Sequence record: MH517022.1
Reading direction: 5' to 3' (one strand)
Origin: Acinetobacter phage SH-Ab 15599
DNA: 64,000 nucleotides
A model generated the notes under the pieces. The model saw only the letters and a program-made list of their open reading frames with translations, made no database searches and was not told where the DNA came from. Position 1 is the stretch's first letter, and each line of letters opens with the position of its first letter. Positions 45,913-55,525 of the stretch are shown in pieces. A program made the position numbers and the translations under genes.

Positions 45913-46017
45913 TTAATATCGCCATTCCTAAAGCGTGGTTGGCGGCCGACCAAAGACGGGTTTGAACCCTCGTGAGAATCTATCATATAGATAAAATCCC
46001 ACGCTATACTTAATCAA
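45913..46017 (-). promoter_or_regulatory. gene 32 5' leader: GC-rich structured segment followed by an AU-rich tract; candidate autoregulatory translational operator
   Basis: On the minus strand the leader reads ...cacgagggttcaaacccgtctttggtcggccgccaaccacgctttaggaatggcgatattaagtgagtaATG. It is locally GC-rich in an AT-rich genome. Confidence 0.3.
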
Positions 46018-46281
46018 TTAAAATAATTCTTTCAAAGAGATAGTTGTTTGTTCGACTTTGAGAATCCTTTGCTCAACGCATTCAGCTTCAATCTTGTCAA
46101 TGATCAGCTTGGCTACCATATTTTTGACTTTATGATAATCAATCTGATGCTCTTCAACTAACAAAGAGAGGGCTTCAGAATATGTAATGTCTTCAGCCCA
46201 TACAAGGTCTTCAACCGCCTTTGAGAATGCCTCAACGCTTCCGAAAGGGTTTTCAGACTCCTCTAATTCCTTCTCAATCAT
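46018..46281 (-). CDS. hypothetical acidic protein (87 aa)
   Basis: ORF present. Confidence 0.5.
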   Translation of the reverse strand: MIEKELEESENPFGSVEAFSKAVEDLVWAEDITYSEALSLLVEEHQIDYHKVKNMVAKLIIDKIEAECVEQRILKVEQTTISLKELF

Positions 46282-46535
46282 TCTGTATACTCCTGATTAT
46301 GAGCTTTTTTAATTCCTTTCACTAGGTCTTTGAAATCTTGAGGAACCTTTTTGTAGTTCAGCTGATCAGATTTGTTTGAAATATGAGAAGAACCGATTTT
46401 GATATAAATTTCACCCTGACAATTTGCACAAGGCGTTTCAGTTGGTATATTGCGGTCATCCACTTTATGTAATTGAGTGAATTCATTAGTACATGACCGA
46501 CAAGCGTATTGATATAGAGGCATGTCACTTTCCAA
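46278..46535 (-). CDS. zinc-ribbon protein (85 aa; CxxC ... CxxC)
   Basis: CRSC...CANC pattern. Confidence 0.5.
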   Translation of the reverse strand: MESDMPLYQYACRSCTNEFTQLHKVDDRNIPTETPCANCQGEIYIKIGSSHISNKSDQLNYKKVPQDFKDLVKGIKKAHNQEYTE

Positions 46536-46965
46536 TTAGCATATTGTACGTTTCAAGACCGAAATCATCAAATTCCACAATTTGCTCTAATTTGATAAAC
46601 TTTTTGATGATTTCAACGTCATCTTTATTAGTATACTCTAATAAAGCAGAGATATGATTTTTCAACCGTTCTATGTTGATTTCTTTATTCTCCCATTGTT
46701 CAATATCACGGAAGAATCTTTCAAAATTGAATTTATCAATCATACGCGTTTCACGCACTTTGATATCATCAATAACTTCAGCTACATGCACCAATTTGTA
46801 TTCGCGTTCCCCGAAGTAAATGTCCATAAAGGTCTTCATATGAGGAATTTTTGTGAATACAAATCGAGTTCTTGCGGCGCGTTCAGAAGAACCTTCAACA
46901 TCATTGATGTATTCCATTACTTCTGAAAACGGGGTAGCATAATCGAGAATAATTTTCTTAGTCAT
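46525..46965 (-). CDS. hypothetical protein (about 146 aa; start MTKKIILDY)
   Basis: Start chosen to avoid a 95-nt overlap with the upstream gene. Confidence 0.45.
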   Translation of the reverse strand: MTKKIILDYATPFSEVMEYINDVEGSSERAARTRFVFTKIPHMKTFMDIYFGEREYKLVHVAEVIDDIKVRETRMIDKFNFERFFRDIEQWENKEINIERLKNHISALLEYTNKDDVEIIKKFIKLEQIVEFDDFGLETYNMLIGK

Positions 46966-46972
46966 AACAGGC

Positions 46973-47530
46973 TCACATAAACATCTTTTTGGCGGCTTTC
47001 TCATCAAGGCGTACATCACAATGGGCAATTGAATAAGCATCGACCATGTCGTTTTCAGGAGTTTCATATTGTTTAGTCCCTAAAATTTCGTAGAATCTAG
47101 CGCCATGAACCTGATAGAACTTCTCGCACATCTCAGGCTTCCCTGCATTACCCATTCCAAAGAATGCTTTTTTATTTGTAGTAGGCGGTATGAAGTTGAC
47201 TTTGATACCAGCCTCATGAATCTTCATATAGAGGATTCCAGAATGCGCCCCGATATCGTATGTCGCTTGTCCAGAGGTAGAACCCATTGAGAATGATTCT
47301 AGATTGAGTTCAGTAACACCCTCGGACTTCAGAATGTTTATAGCCCAATCAGCCACGTATATCGCTCTTTCTAGCTTGGAAGCGTACTTGGGGTGACGTT
47401 TGATACAGATAGTGTCATTATCTTGTACTAGGCGTAAAACCTCTTGGATCAAGTACCACTTCTCACTTCCATCATCGCGTTTGACGTAGATACAAGGACA
47501 AGACATTGAATAATCTATACCAACTTTCAT
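46973..47530 (-). CDS. RuvC-family Holliday junction resolvase-like protein
   Basis: N-terminal MKVGIDYS (catalytic Asp strand) and C-terminal DAYSIAHC motif. GGAG RBS before the ATG at 47530. Confidence 0.55.
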   Translation of the reverse strand: MKVGIDYSMSCPCIYVKRDDGSEKWYLIQEVLRLVQDNDTICIKRHPKYASKLERAIYVADWAINILKSEGVTELNLESFSMGSTSGQATYDIGAHSGILYMKIHEAGIKVNFIPPTTNKKAFFGMGNAGKPEMCEKFYQVHGARFYEILGTKQYETPENDMVDAYSIAHCDVRLDEKAAKKMFM

Positions 47531-47535
47531 AACAA

Positions 47536-47676
47536 TTACTCCAAAGGTTCGCCGCAGAATGGGCAACATTCGGTTTTTTCATGGTTGTTATGAAGAACGA
47601 TATATTGCTTCTCACAATTCTGACAATCGTGAGTCTCACGCTGTTCAATATCTTCTTGGTCGTCTAAAATGCTCAT
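47536..47676 (-). CDS. small zinc-ribbon protein (46 aa)
   Basis: MSILDDQEDIEQRETHDCQNCEKQYIVLHNNHEKTECCPFCGEPLE. Its stop overlaps the RBS of the resolvase-like gene. Confidence 0.35.
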   Translation of the reverse strand: MSILDDQEDIEQRETHDCQNCEKQYIVLHNNHEKTECCPFCGEPLE

Positions 47677-47723
47677 TTACAATCTCTTTTGTTTGTCTAT
47701 GAACATATAAAGGGGCAAAGAAA

Positions 47724-47748
47724 ATCCCGCAATTTGCGGGATTTTTAT
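47724..47748. terminator. bidirectional terminator (ATCCCGCAA-TT-TGCGGGAT plus TTTTT)
   Basis: Near-perfect palindromic hairpin. Confidence 0.6.
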
Positions 47749-47759
47749 TACAGAATTAG

Positions 47760-48629
47760 TTATTCCGTAGGTTGCGCTACTTCAGCAGGTTGTTCTGTTT
47801 TAGTCTCTTCAGATTGAGCTTGTAACTCTTCAACGGCTTGATCAACAACTACCGTAGCAGCTGGAACTTCATCTGCCTTCGCTTTTTCAGCCGCTTCAGC
47901 TTGCTCAGCAGCCATAACTGCATTTTGAGCATCTTCAATACGCTTCAATGTAGCACGACCTGAAAGATAAGCTGCTTTAGCCGCAATCGCCATAACTTGA
48001 TCTGGATCAGCAACTAACACGTGACGACCTGACTCAGTACGTACTGGGGCAATCATACCAGCAATGTCAAGTTTAAGACCTTTGCGAGATAAACGCTCTT
48101 GCATATTCAAGGCCATTTCTAACACACCAACAGCGTCATCTGCAGGGAAACCAGAAACAAACACAGCATTTTGAATGTATTCAATTTCTTCAGCAGTTGC
48201 TTCAGGGCGCTGTTTTGCTACATCAGAACAATAAGCGAATTGTAATGTAGGATTACCAAATGAAGTAAGAGTATAAGTTCCATCAACGCAATCTAGTTGA
48301 GTATGCATGATGCTACCGTAATCAGTACCGAACTGAATAAAGATTGCTTTTACAACTTCAACAGTATCATTTGGATCAATTTCACCTTCAGCCAATTTTA
48401 CATTTTCTGAAATTGAAACTGGTAAAGGCGCTTCTACTTCTGAAACTTGTACAGTAGGCTCGTCTACTGTTACTTCAACGCCAGAAGCTACTTCAACTGA
48501 AGGATCTGAAGTTTCAGGTTGAGCAACTTCAGCGGCTTCGGTTTGTTTTGTTGCTTCAGATTGATCCAATTCTACATCTACAACTTCAGCAGCAGTAATT
48601 TCGTTCAATGTTTGAGTTGTCTGTGTCAT
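47760..48629 (-). CDS. hypothetical protein (289 aa) with acidic, low-complexity termini
   Basis: Central globular region flanked by E/A/Q/T-rich tails. Confidence 0.55.
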   Translation of the reverse strand: MTQTTQTLNEITAAEVVDVELDQSEATKQTEAAEVAQPETSDPSVEVASGVEVTVDEPTVQVSEVEAPLPVSISENVKLAEGEIDPNDTVEVVKAIFIQFGTDYGSIMHTQLDCVDGTYTLTSFGNPTLQFAYCSDVAKQRPEATAEEIEYIQNAVFVSGFPADDAVGVLEMALNMQERLSRKGLKLDIAGMIAPVRTESGRHVLVADPDQVMAIAAKAAYLSGRATLKRIEDAQNAVMAAEQAEAAEKAKADEVPAATVVVDQAVEELQAQSEETKTEQPAEVAQPTE

Positions 48630-48709
48630 TTCATATCTCCAAAATATATTTCTCTCTAACAGATAGGGCTATTATAAACCCTATCTGTCTACCCAATAAA
48701 AATCAATTA

Positions 48710-49753
48710 TTAGAATTTTTGCCCAAGAGCTAACATTTCATTCAAATCAAATTTACCAACAATCGCGCCGTCAACTTGGTATGAACTCACTTTTGTTTCA
48801 AAGAATGAGCTTACTTTGTTTTCAGTTAAGATTGGATCAATCCAGCTACAAGGGTTTGTAGTGATTTCAGTAAATTCTGGTTTCAAGCCCATTTGCACCA
48901 TACGGCGGTTAGACATAAAACGCATATACGCTTTGTTTTCATCAAGAGAGAATGTATCAAGTTGTAAAGCTCGATGAGCACGATCCAAGAATGTATCTTC
49001 AACCTGAATGAAACGACGGTTCAATTCATAAATCTCTTTCTTGAACTTGTCATTAACAATCGGGTGCTCATAAGTCAACTGTTGGAAGAACTTCACGTTG
49101 GCGTCTGTATGTAACGTTTCATCACGTAATGACCAAGCGTTGATTTTTGAGAAGCCTTTGAGACGACCACCGCGTTTACCGTTGAACGCAACTTTGTCAC
49201 GACGCATGAATTGTAATAAACTCACAAATACGCCGAACAGACCTACGCCTTCATCAATTACAGAGTGAGCGTGGTTGATTGCTAATTGATCTACAGTGTC
49301 GCAATCGAAATTGAAGAACATGCCTTCAAGACGTTCTTTCATTTCTTTGTATTCATGGAATGCTGCAAAGATAGAGTCATCCATGTTGAAGATTTCAGCC
49401 GCCAATGCATATGCTTCTTGGTGAATTGCTTCACGAGCTGCAATAGACATAAGCAGGTTACTTGCTTCATTGTTTTCATATTTTGTAAGGAAACACTTCT
49501 TGTAATTTTTAGCTACAACAACGTCACCTGTAGTGAAAACAGCAAAGATCAATTTGATGAATTTCTTCTCATCTTCTGTCAAGTTGTTTGCCCAGTCTTC
49601 ATGATCGTCTTGCATCTGGGCTTCGCCTGGAATCCAGTGAATTTTTTCATGCTCTTGGAACATCGTTTGAGCCCACATATAATGGAATGGGCGGTACACC
49701 AATGAGTCTTGGAACAGTGGACTTGAAGAGTCTTTAATTAAAATATTAGACAT
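48710..49753 (-). CDS. nrdB: ribonucleotide reductase class Ia beta subunit
   Basis: Di-iron/tyrosyl radical fold motifs including RDETLH. Immediately downstream of nrdA. Confidence 0.8.
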   Translation of the reverse strand: MSNILIKDSSSPLFQDSLVYRPFHYMWAQTMFQEHEKIHWIPGEAQMQDDHEDWANNLTEDEKKFIKLIFAVFTTGDVVVAKNYKKCFLTKYENNEASNLLMSIAAREAIHQEAYALAAEIFNMDDSIFAAFHEYKEMKERLEGMFFNFDCDTVDQLAINHAHSVIDEGVGLFGVFVSLLQFMRRDKVAFNGKRGGRLKGFSKINAWSLRDETLHTDANVKFFQQLTYEHPIVNDKFKKEIYELNRRFIQVEDTFLDRAHRALQLDTFSLDENKAYMRFMSNRRMVQMGLKPEFTEITTNPCSWIDPILTENKVSSFFETKVSSYQVDGAIVGKFDLNEMLALGQKF

Positions 49754-49759
49754 TATATG

Positions 49760-52381
49760 TTATCCTTGGCAATTCGAGCATTCTTTATCTTCAAACAGTG
49801 TATCTGCTTGAGCTTTATGTTCTTTGTAAAGGGCTTGTACTTCTTTCATACCGCCGATCCACTCTCCGTTCAAGAACACTTGAGGCACAGAACGAATAGA
49901 TGGGTCACCTGTAACTTCAGCCGCCGTTTTACCAACTTGTTGTAAATCAACAAATTTGAAATCAAGACCCATATCGCTTAACATACGTTTAACAGTGTTA
50001 CAGTTCGGACAAACCTTGGTACCATATACAATATTTTCACCCTTCTCTTTTTCTTTCTTCTCTGAATCTTTCAGAGCTTTACGAACAAGAGCTTGAGATA
50101 ATGTTTCAATCTCAACTTCAGGTTTTGTACGGTAGTAATAGAGAGATTTCAAACCCCACAACCAAGCGTGATAGTGACAAGCGAACACGTGGTTGATATC
50201 GCTGCCTGGTTTGAAGAACAAGTTCAGAGACTGAGCCTGACAGATATTAGGTTGACGGTCAGCAGCTAAACGTACAATACACATCTGATCAATTTCAAAT
50301 GCAGTTTTGAAGATTGCTCGTTCTAAATCTGTTAATTGTTTAAGATGAGCTACAGAACCTTCATTGTTAGCAATGTCTGTCCACGTTTCTTCATTATCAA
50401 TACCGTATTTTTGGAGAATCTCCTTCAAATACGGGTTGCGGCGTTCAAAGATACCAACACGAGTTTCTTTAGTGTAGATGTTAGCATACTCTGGCTCACA
50501 ACTAGCAGATGTTGTTAACATATCTGCGTTGTTTGAGTTAGGAGCAATAGCCAACAAGTGCATATTACGACGACCAACGTGAGGGTGATCCGTAGATGAT
50601 GCAGCATCTGGACACTCACCGCGCTCAGCCCCTAGACGAAGACTTTCAGCAACAGCTTGTTCTTTGATAGAACGGAACAAATCAATATTGAATTGTTTAG
50701 CTTCAGGAGACTCGAAAGGCATACCATGTTTCTGGAATGCATAGTGAAGACCCATTACACCAAGACCGATAGAACGTTCTTGTTTAGCTGAGTTAATCAC
50801 TTTATGTAATGCTAATTTGATCAATTCGCGATGACGCGGATTTGTATAACGGTTAGCAATCCAATCGGCGGTACGAATGAAGTGTTCAAGAGCGTTGTCC
50901 AAAGCGCGGACTAAGTCACCAACTAATGTAGGAGCCCACACGTCTGAATATTCGGCATTAAGAGAAGATAAACAACAAACTGGAGTACGGTCATCATTAG
51001 CAGGTAATGTAATTTCAGTACAGTTTGAAACTAACAACATCTTGTGGCTATGACCTTCACCACTGATGCTGATATAGAAGTTATGGTTGTCTTCAACTTC
51101 TAAACAATAAACTTCTTTTATTGCGCCGTCAAAAATTAGTTCAGCAACAATTGGATCAGAGTTTACATTTGATACATTACCATTGCGATACAAACGAGCA
51201 TCAAGACGTTTACCAATAGAATCTTTGGCTTTTACGCGGTGACCCTGAGTTGTAAACAATTCGTGATCTTTGGTACATTGAAAACGTTCACCAGAGTTTA
51301 GAACAACTGTAACAAGCTCTTTACGACCTGTTAAACGTGCAGTTGCTGTCTTCACTTCTGGGATTACTCGTCCACCAACTACTTTCCCTGACCAGACTTT
51401 GAAAGGAATTGAACCAGATGATTCACGAGCCAATTGTTTAACTGTAATTGGTTTACGACCGTCAGCTACCATCACCAATGTATCTTCAGATAAACAAAGG
51501 TTTGATGCGTATGAGTAAAGACCTAGACGCTTTTGAGCTTCTGGTAATGCGCGGTTAGCATTTCCGCGGAAATACATAAACGGTTCGCCAGTACGTCCAC
51601 GCTCAGTGAGCATAGATTGGAAGTATTCAGCTGGGTTTACTGTATCAATTACGCGTTTAGTATGAGGGTCGATCAAGTGATATTCTTTTTCGCCGTCACG
51701 GATACGTTCCATCAAGTCGTCATCAATAGAGAACCCGATATGAATGTTCTCAGCCTTACGGTTTGAGTCACCTGTTGGAGTACGAATTTTCAAGAACTCT
51801 TTAGCTGAACCGTGGTTAGCAGATAACCACGCAGCTTCAGCTCCGCGACGCACTTTACCTTGTTTCCAAGCTAAGATAGAAGCATCATCTTCAATTACAA
51901 ATGGAATTGGGCCAGGGCTTTTATCAGATACATAACGGACATCAAAATATTTCCCGATGCCACCGCCGATGACAGAGAGTAAAGATGTTTCCAATTTGCC
52001 CATAAGCAAAGATGGGATTGAGTCACTAACCATTGGTAGGAAACAACTGATGTTTTGTGATCCGTTATGTTCGAAATCATCTTCATGATCCCAAATAGGT
52101 AAACTTTGATTTGCCATTCCAGCTACCCAAATTTCTTCTTTGAGAAGAGGCGCATTGGAAAGCATTGGAGAAGACCACATGAAATGTAGTAAAGAGTTTG
52201 CATCATATAGGCGTTGTGCATGAGCTAAGTCATCAGACCAAGCCACGCAAGCTCGGGCTAGTCGCTCTTGTATTGTTTCTTTTCCACTTGTGTAGAATCC
52301 CTTGATTAAGTCTTTAGCAGGTTCTGTAAGGAGTTCATCTCGACTATCGTCAATTTGAATTCCAAGATAAACACGTGACAT
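49760..52381 (-). CDS. nrdA: ribonucleotide reductase class I alpha subunit with an in-frame mini-intein and a C-terminal glutaredoxin-like domain
   Basis: Catalytic-site sequence SNL|C..TEI is split by an intein. C-terminus VCPNC...VPQVFLNGEWIGG is a glutaredoxin fold. Confidence 0.9.
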   Translation of the reverse strand: MSRVYLGIQIDDSRDELLTEPAKDLIKGFYTSGKETIQERLARACVAWSDDLAHAQRLYDANSLLHFMWSSPMLSNAPLLKEEIWVAGMANQSLPIWDHEDDFEHNGSQNISCFLPMVSDSIPSLLMGKLETSLLSVIGGGIGKYFDVRYVSDKSPGPIPFVIEDDASILAWKQGKVRRGAEAAWLSANHGSAKEFLKIRTPTGDSNRKAENIHIGFSIDDDLMERIRDGEKEYHLIDPHTKRVIDTVNPAEYFQSMLTERGRTGEPFMYFRGNANRALPEAQKRLGLYSYASNLCLSEDTLVMVADGRKPITVKQLARESSGSIPFKVWSGKVVGGRVIPEVKTATARLTGRKELVTVVLNSGERFQCTKDHELFTTQGHRVKAKDSIGKRLDARLYRNGNVSNVNSDPIVAELIFDGAIKEVYCLEVEDNHNFYISISGEGHSHKMLLVSNCTEITLPANDDRTPVCCLSSLNAEYSDVWAPTLVGDLVRALDNALEHFIRTADWIANRYTNPRHRELIKLALHKVINSAKQERSIGLGVMGLHYAFQKHGMPFESPEAKQFNIDLFRSIKEQAVAESLRLGAERGECPDAASSTDHPHVGRRNMHLLAIAPNSNNADMLTTSASCEPEYANIYTKETRVGIFERRNPYLKEILQKYGIDNEETWTDIANNEGSVAHLKQLTDLERAIFKTAFEIDQMCIVRLAADRQPNICQAQSLNLFFKPGSDINHVFACHYHAWLWGLKSLYYYRTKPEVEIETLSQALVRKALKDSEKKEKEKGENIVYGTKVCPNCNTVKRMLSDMGLDFKFVDLQQVGKTAAEVTGDPSIRSVPQVFLNGEWIGGMKEVQALYKEHKAQADTLFEDKECSNCQG
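51023..51496 (-). mobile_element. mini-intein (about 158 aa, no homing endonuclease domain) inserted just before the NrdA catalytic cysteine
   Basis: Block A CLSEDTLV, Block B TKDHELFT, Block F VYCLEVEDNHNFYI, and C-terminal ...LLVSN|C. Flanking exteins rejoin as YSYASNL-CTEITLP, the conserved RNR active-site loop. Confidence 0.75.
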
Positions 52382-52496
52382 ATTTTCACCGTATCAGTTA
52401 ATGTAATTGTCTTTGGTTCAGCCCAATGACGCCTCAGCCTATTATAATGCTATTTATTAGATAGAGCATTATATCAAAATCATTTCGGAGCTACAT

Positions 52497-53234
52497 ATGT
52501 TACCATCTATTGCCGTTCAGAAGGTTAGCAAGAAGATCGGACACATTGATCTTAAATTTCAACCATTCAACGTTGGTTTGGAAAATTTACTTCTTATCGT
52601 AAAGGATTCCAAAGACCCGAAGGAAATTCTTGAAGCTATTCTCCAAATTGAAGATGAATGTTTATTGGACGATTGGCGCGGAAAAGCTAAAGCCCTTCCT
52701 TCATATATAGCTGAAATGCTTTTCATCGAGTTGCGTAAAGTCAGTAATGGAACAGAGATTCCAATCAATTTGAATTGTAAAAACATAATAAAAGATTCTT
52801 CAGGTAAAGAGAAGACTTGCGGCACTCAGGTTCAATCTATCATAGATTTGAACTCAGTTAAGATCATAACCCCCGAAGATTTTAAAGATACCTTTGTGAT
52901 TGAGGGAGAATCTAAAATTTATGTAAAATTGGGTGTGCTTTCAGCTGGCGAGATTGTTGAAGATTTAGACCAAATTTCTTCTTCCACAGGTATATACAAG
53001 CACCTAAAAAGTATCACAACGGGTGATGAAATTATCACCAAAGATGACGTATCAAAAGATGACCTTCTAGATTGGATTAATAAAATCCCATTAAGTGTTA
53101 AAGCGGATATGACAAAACACTTCTTCGGTAAAATGCCTCATATTCATCTAGGCATCCCGTTCAAGTGTACAAATGAGAATTGTAACCACGAACACAATCT
53201 TGAGTTCACATCAGTACTAGATTTTTTTATCTGA
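52497..53234 (+). CDS. hypothetical protein with C-terminal Cys-rich motifs (245 aa)
   Basis: CKNIIKDSSGKEKTCG and CTNENCNHEH pairs suggest a zinc ribbon. Confidence 0.5.
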   Translation: MLPSIAVQKVSKKIGHIDLKFQPFNVGLENLLLIVKDSKDPKEILEAILQIEDECLLDDWRGKAKALPSYIAEMLFIELRKVSNGTEIPINLNCKNIIKDSSGKEKTCGTQVQSIIDLNSVKIITPEDFKDTFVIEGESKIYVKLGVLSAGEIVEDLDQISSSTGIYKHLKSITTGDEIITKDDVSKDDLLDWINKIPLSVKADMTKHFFGKMPHIHLGIPFKCTNENCNHEHNLEFTSVLDFFI

Positions 53235-53387
53235 TCGCAGGAGAAGATGGAAAAGACCTCCTGCGAAGATTTGATGACACTCAAAAGCTGCAACAACACT
53301 TTGGTCAATCGATTGAAACATCTTACGCATTGACCCCTTGGGAATTTGAGTTGAGACTTGCATTGATCATAGAACAACAAAAAGAAA

Positions 53388-53410
53388 AGGACTCCTAGGA
53401 GTCCTTTTTA
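53388..53410. terminator. bidirectional terminator (AGGACTCC-TAGGAGTCCT plus TTTTTA)
   Basis: Perfect 18-bp palindrome. Confidence 0.6.
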
Positions 53411-53485
53411 TATAGAGCTTCAAAGTCTCAATGGAGGTCGGGATCGCTAACAATCATTGGACTGTGATTATATATGTATTTGATT

Positions 53486-54064
53486 TCATAATTCCATACT
53501 CACTTTATCTCTGCGATCAATCTTAGCATTGAGAATGCGTTTCATATATGCGTCAAAATGAGGAATTTTTATCAAAGGATTCTTCAAGTGTATATCAGTC
53601 TCGCTCATCCAGACGGCTGAGATATAACTTTGTATTTCTGTATAATCATCTTTAGTAAACGTATTTCCATATACAGATAGCGTCTGAGTATAGAATTCAT
53701 ATTCGAGCTTTTGCAACAGTTTGAACTCTCGCTCAGTATAATCAATTTGATCATCAACGTAGAGTTTAAATTGATTGCCCATGAATTCAATACAGAATGG
53801 CGTACCCTTTATGAGAATCAAATTGGGGTTGCGTTCTAACATATAAGCATATGTCCCACTTCTGAACTGTTCCCTCAGTTCTGGTTTAGGTTCAACAATT
53901 GGATCTGACGTCACATATCTTGAATATCTTGACGTATATTCTCCTACAGCTGTATCAGCCCAAATCTTCATTCTTTCTGGGAATTTTCCGTCTGTAGCAT
54001 AAGCAGTTGCAACGCTGCGCCAAAGCTCTCTGCATTCATCATCAAATTGGGTTTTAGTTACCAT
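53486..54064 (-). CDS. hypothetical protein (192 aa)
   Basis: ORF present. Confidence 0.5.
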   Translation of the reverse strand: MVTKTQFDDECRELWRSVATAYATDGKFPERMKIWADTAVGEYTSRYSRYVTSDPIVEPKPELREQFRSGTYAYMLERNPNLILIKGTPFCIEFMGNQFKLYVDDQIDYTEREFKLLQKLEYEFYTQTLSVYGNTFTKDDYTEIQSYISAVWMSETDIHLKNPLIKIPHFDAYMKRILNAKIDRRDKVSMEL

Positions 54065-54435
54065 TACTCTTGTTCCTCAGAAAGTTGCCAAAATTGAACT
54101 CTGCGCCATATACTGTCTGCTATAGACTTTGTAAATGAAGACAGATCGATTATTTGTTTCTTACAATCAACAGTTCCTATCTCCTCATAGATCATTCTAT
54201 ATTTCTGTTCTATGAATATTGGTACATTCTCCAAAATCTCTGGTCTTATCTGTTGATAACCATAGATTGCCATAACATTACTTCTGATAAGCAACGCGAC
54301 TACATCCAACGCCTCCAATTCAGCCGCTGAGAACTGTTCAATGTTGCGGATACATAACTCAAGTTGTAATGTATCAGGAGACAGTCCCAAAGCGAACGGG
54401 GTATTTTTGATAGCATCAAATCTTCTGATGTTCAT
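54064..54435 (-). CDS. hypothetical protein (123 aa)
   Basis: Start and stop overlap with neighbouring genes. Confidence 0.5.
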   Translation of the reverse strand: MNIRRFDAIKNTPFALGLSPDTLQLELCIRNIEQFSAAELEALDVVALLIRSNVMAIYGYQQIRPEILENVPIFIEQKYRMIYEEIGTVDCKKQIIDLSSFTKSIADSIWRRVQFWQLSEEQE

Positions 54436-54788
54436 TTGTATTTCTCCAAAACGAGTTCAAGAGAACTCTCATATATTGTCTTGCAATTTCTTCTCAAAAT
54501 TACGGATACCAAATCCCTTATTATTGTATGAACATCTTTCGACTTCATATTTTCAATATTTGGAATCTTATTCAATCTTTCAGCAATAACATGAGTCATA
54601 TGATGCAAAGCACTATATGTATAAGGGCGCTTCTCAATATCCTCATCAATACAAATAGTTCTTCCGTCAAATCCAGACAAATAGAAAATTGTACCTTCAA
54701 CCCATTGTTCTGGTCTAGGAGTATACTTTTGAATGGTCATCATATCACTATTGATGCCAGAGTAAAGAGGGTTGGGGATTGTAATCAT
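54432..54788 (-). CDS. hypothetical protein (118 aa)
   Basis: ORF present. Confidence 0.5.
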   Translation of the reverse strand: MITIPNPLYSGINSDMMTIQKYTPRPEQWVEGTIFYLSGFDGRTICIDEDIEKRPYTYSALHHMTHVIAERLNKIPNIENMKSKDVHTIIRDLVSVILRRNCKTIYESSLELVLEKYK

Positions 54789-54849
54789 GATAGTATGCTT
54801 TAGCCGTAATTCTGCGAATTATAATACTATTTTTATTATTGTATAAAAA

Positions 54850-54872
54850 TCAAGAAAGGGGCGCAAGCCCCT
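54850..54872 (-). terminator. terminator hairpin (AGGGGC-TTGC-GCCCCT) after the endolysin gene
   Basis: GC stem but a weak T-run. Confidence 0.45.
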
Positions 54873-54876
54873 TATC

Positions 54877-55488
54877 TCACTTAGGATATTTCGCCCAAGA
54901 CAATTGGTAGTGTGGCCCGTCTTTGAAAGACTTCCAATCGCCTCCCCATTCCAGACCTTCAATGTTAAGCTCTTTAGCAGCTTGCTTCATAGCTTCTTCA
55001 ATCATGTAGTAGTATTTCCAATCCCAAGAAACAACTCCATTAGGGTAGGCAATAAGGTCTACTGCATGACCAGTGAGATGACGGCTGTTCAGAGTCTGAG
55101 TTGCGCCCTGTTTGATTAGAACCTTCTGACGTTCTAAAGTGCGCATACCCTCTCCAACCTGAAACTGAATGTTGGACAACTGAATGGCGCGTTTCACAAT
55201 CTTTTGAAGGATTGGGTTGATTTCTGACAGACGCTTGAGAGAAGTTTCGCTCAAAGAGAAATCAGTTGTAGGTTTGAGACCCAACTGAAGTCCTAAATGA
55301 GCAGCTGTCTTATCTCCTACAATACCATCAAATGGCTTGATATTATTATCGGTCTGATATTTCTTGACAGCGTCTTTCGTACCCTGACCAAAGATATCAT
55401 CAATGCGTTTGTTGTAATATCCTTGTTGATGAAGAAGCTCTTGAAGCTCCTTCACCTTCGGGCTTTTATCTCCGAGTTTCAAAATCAT
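54877..55488 (-). CDS. endolysin: peptidoglycan-binding domain plus M15 (L-alanyl-D-glutamate peptidase) catalytic domain
   Basis: N-terminal PG_binding_1-like repeat (LKLGDKSPKVKELQELL...YQTDNNIKPFDGIVGDKT). C-terminal SRHLTGHAVDL...DWGGDW...DGPHYQL zinc-peptidase motifs. Confidence 0.75.
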   Translation of the reverse strand: MILKLGDKSPKVKELQELLHQQGYYNKRIDDIFGQGTKDAVKKYQTDNNIKPFDGIVGDKTAAHLGLQLGLKPTTDFSLSETSLKRLSEINPILQKIVKRAIQLSNIQFQVGEGMRTLERQKVLIKQGATQTLNSRHLTGHAVDLIAYPNGVVSWDWKYYYMIEEAMKQAAKELNIEGLEWGGDWKSFKDGPHYQLSWAKYPK

Positions 55489-55525
55489 TTGATGCTCCTC
55501 TTATTTTCATCTCTCTGAATAAAAT

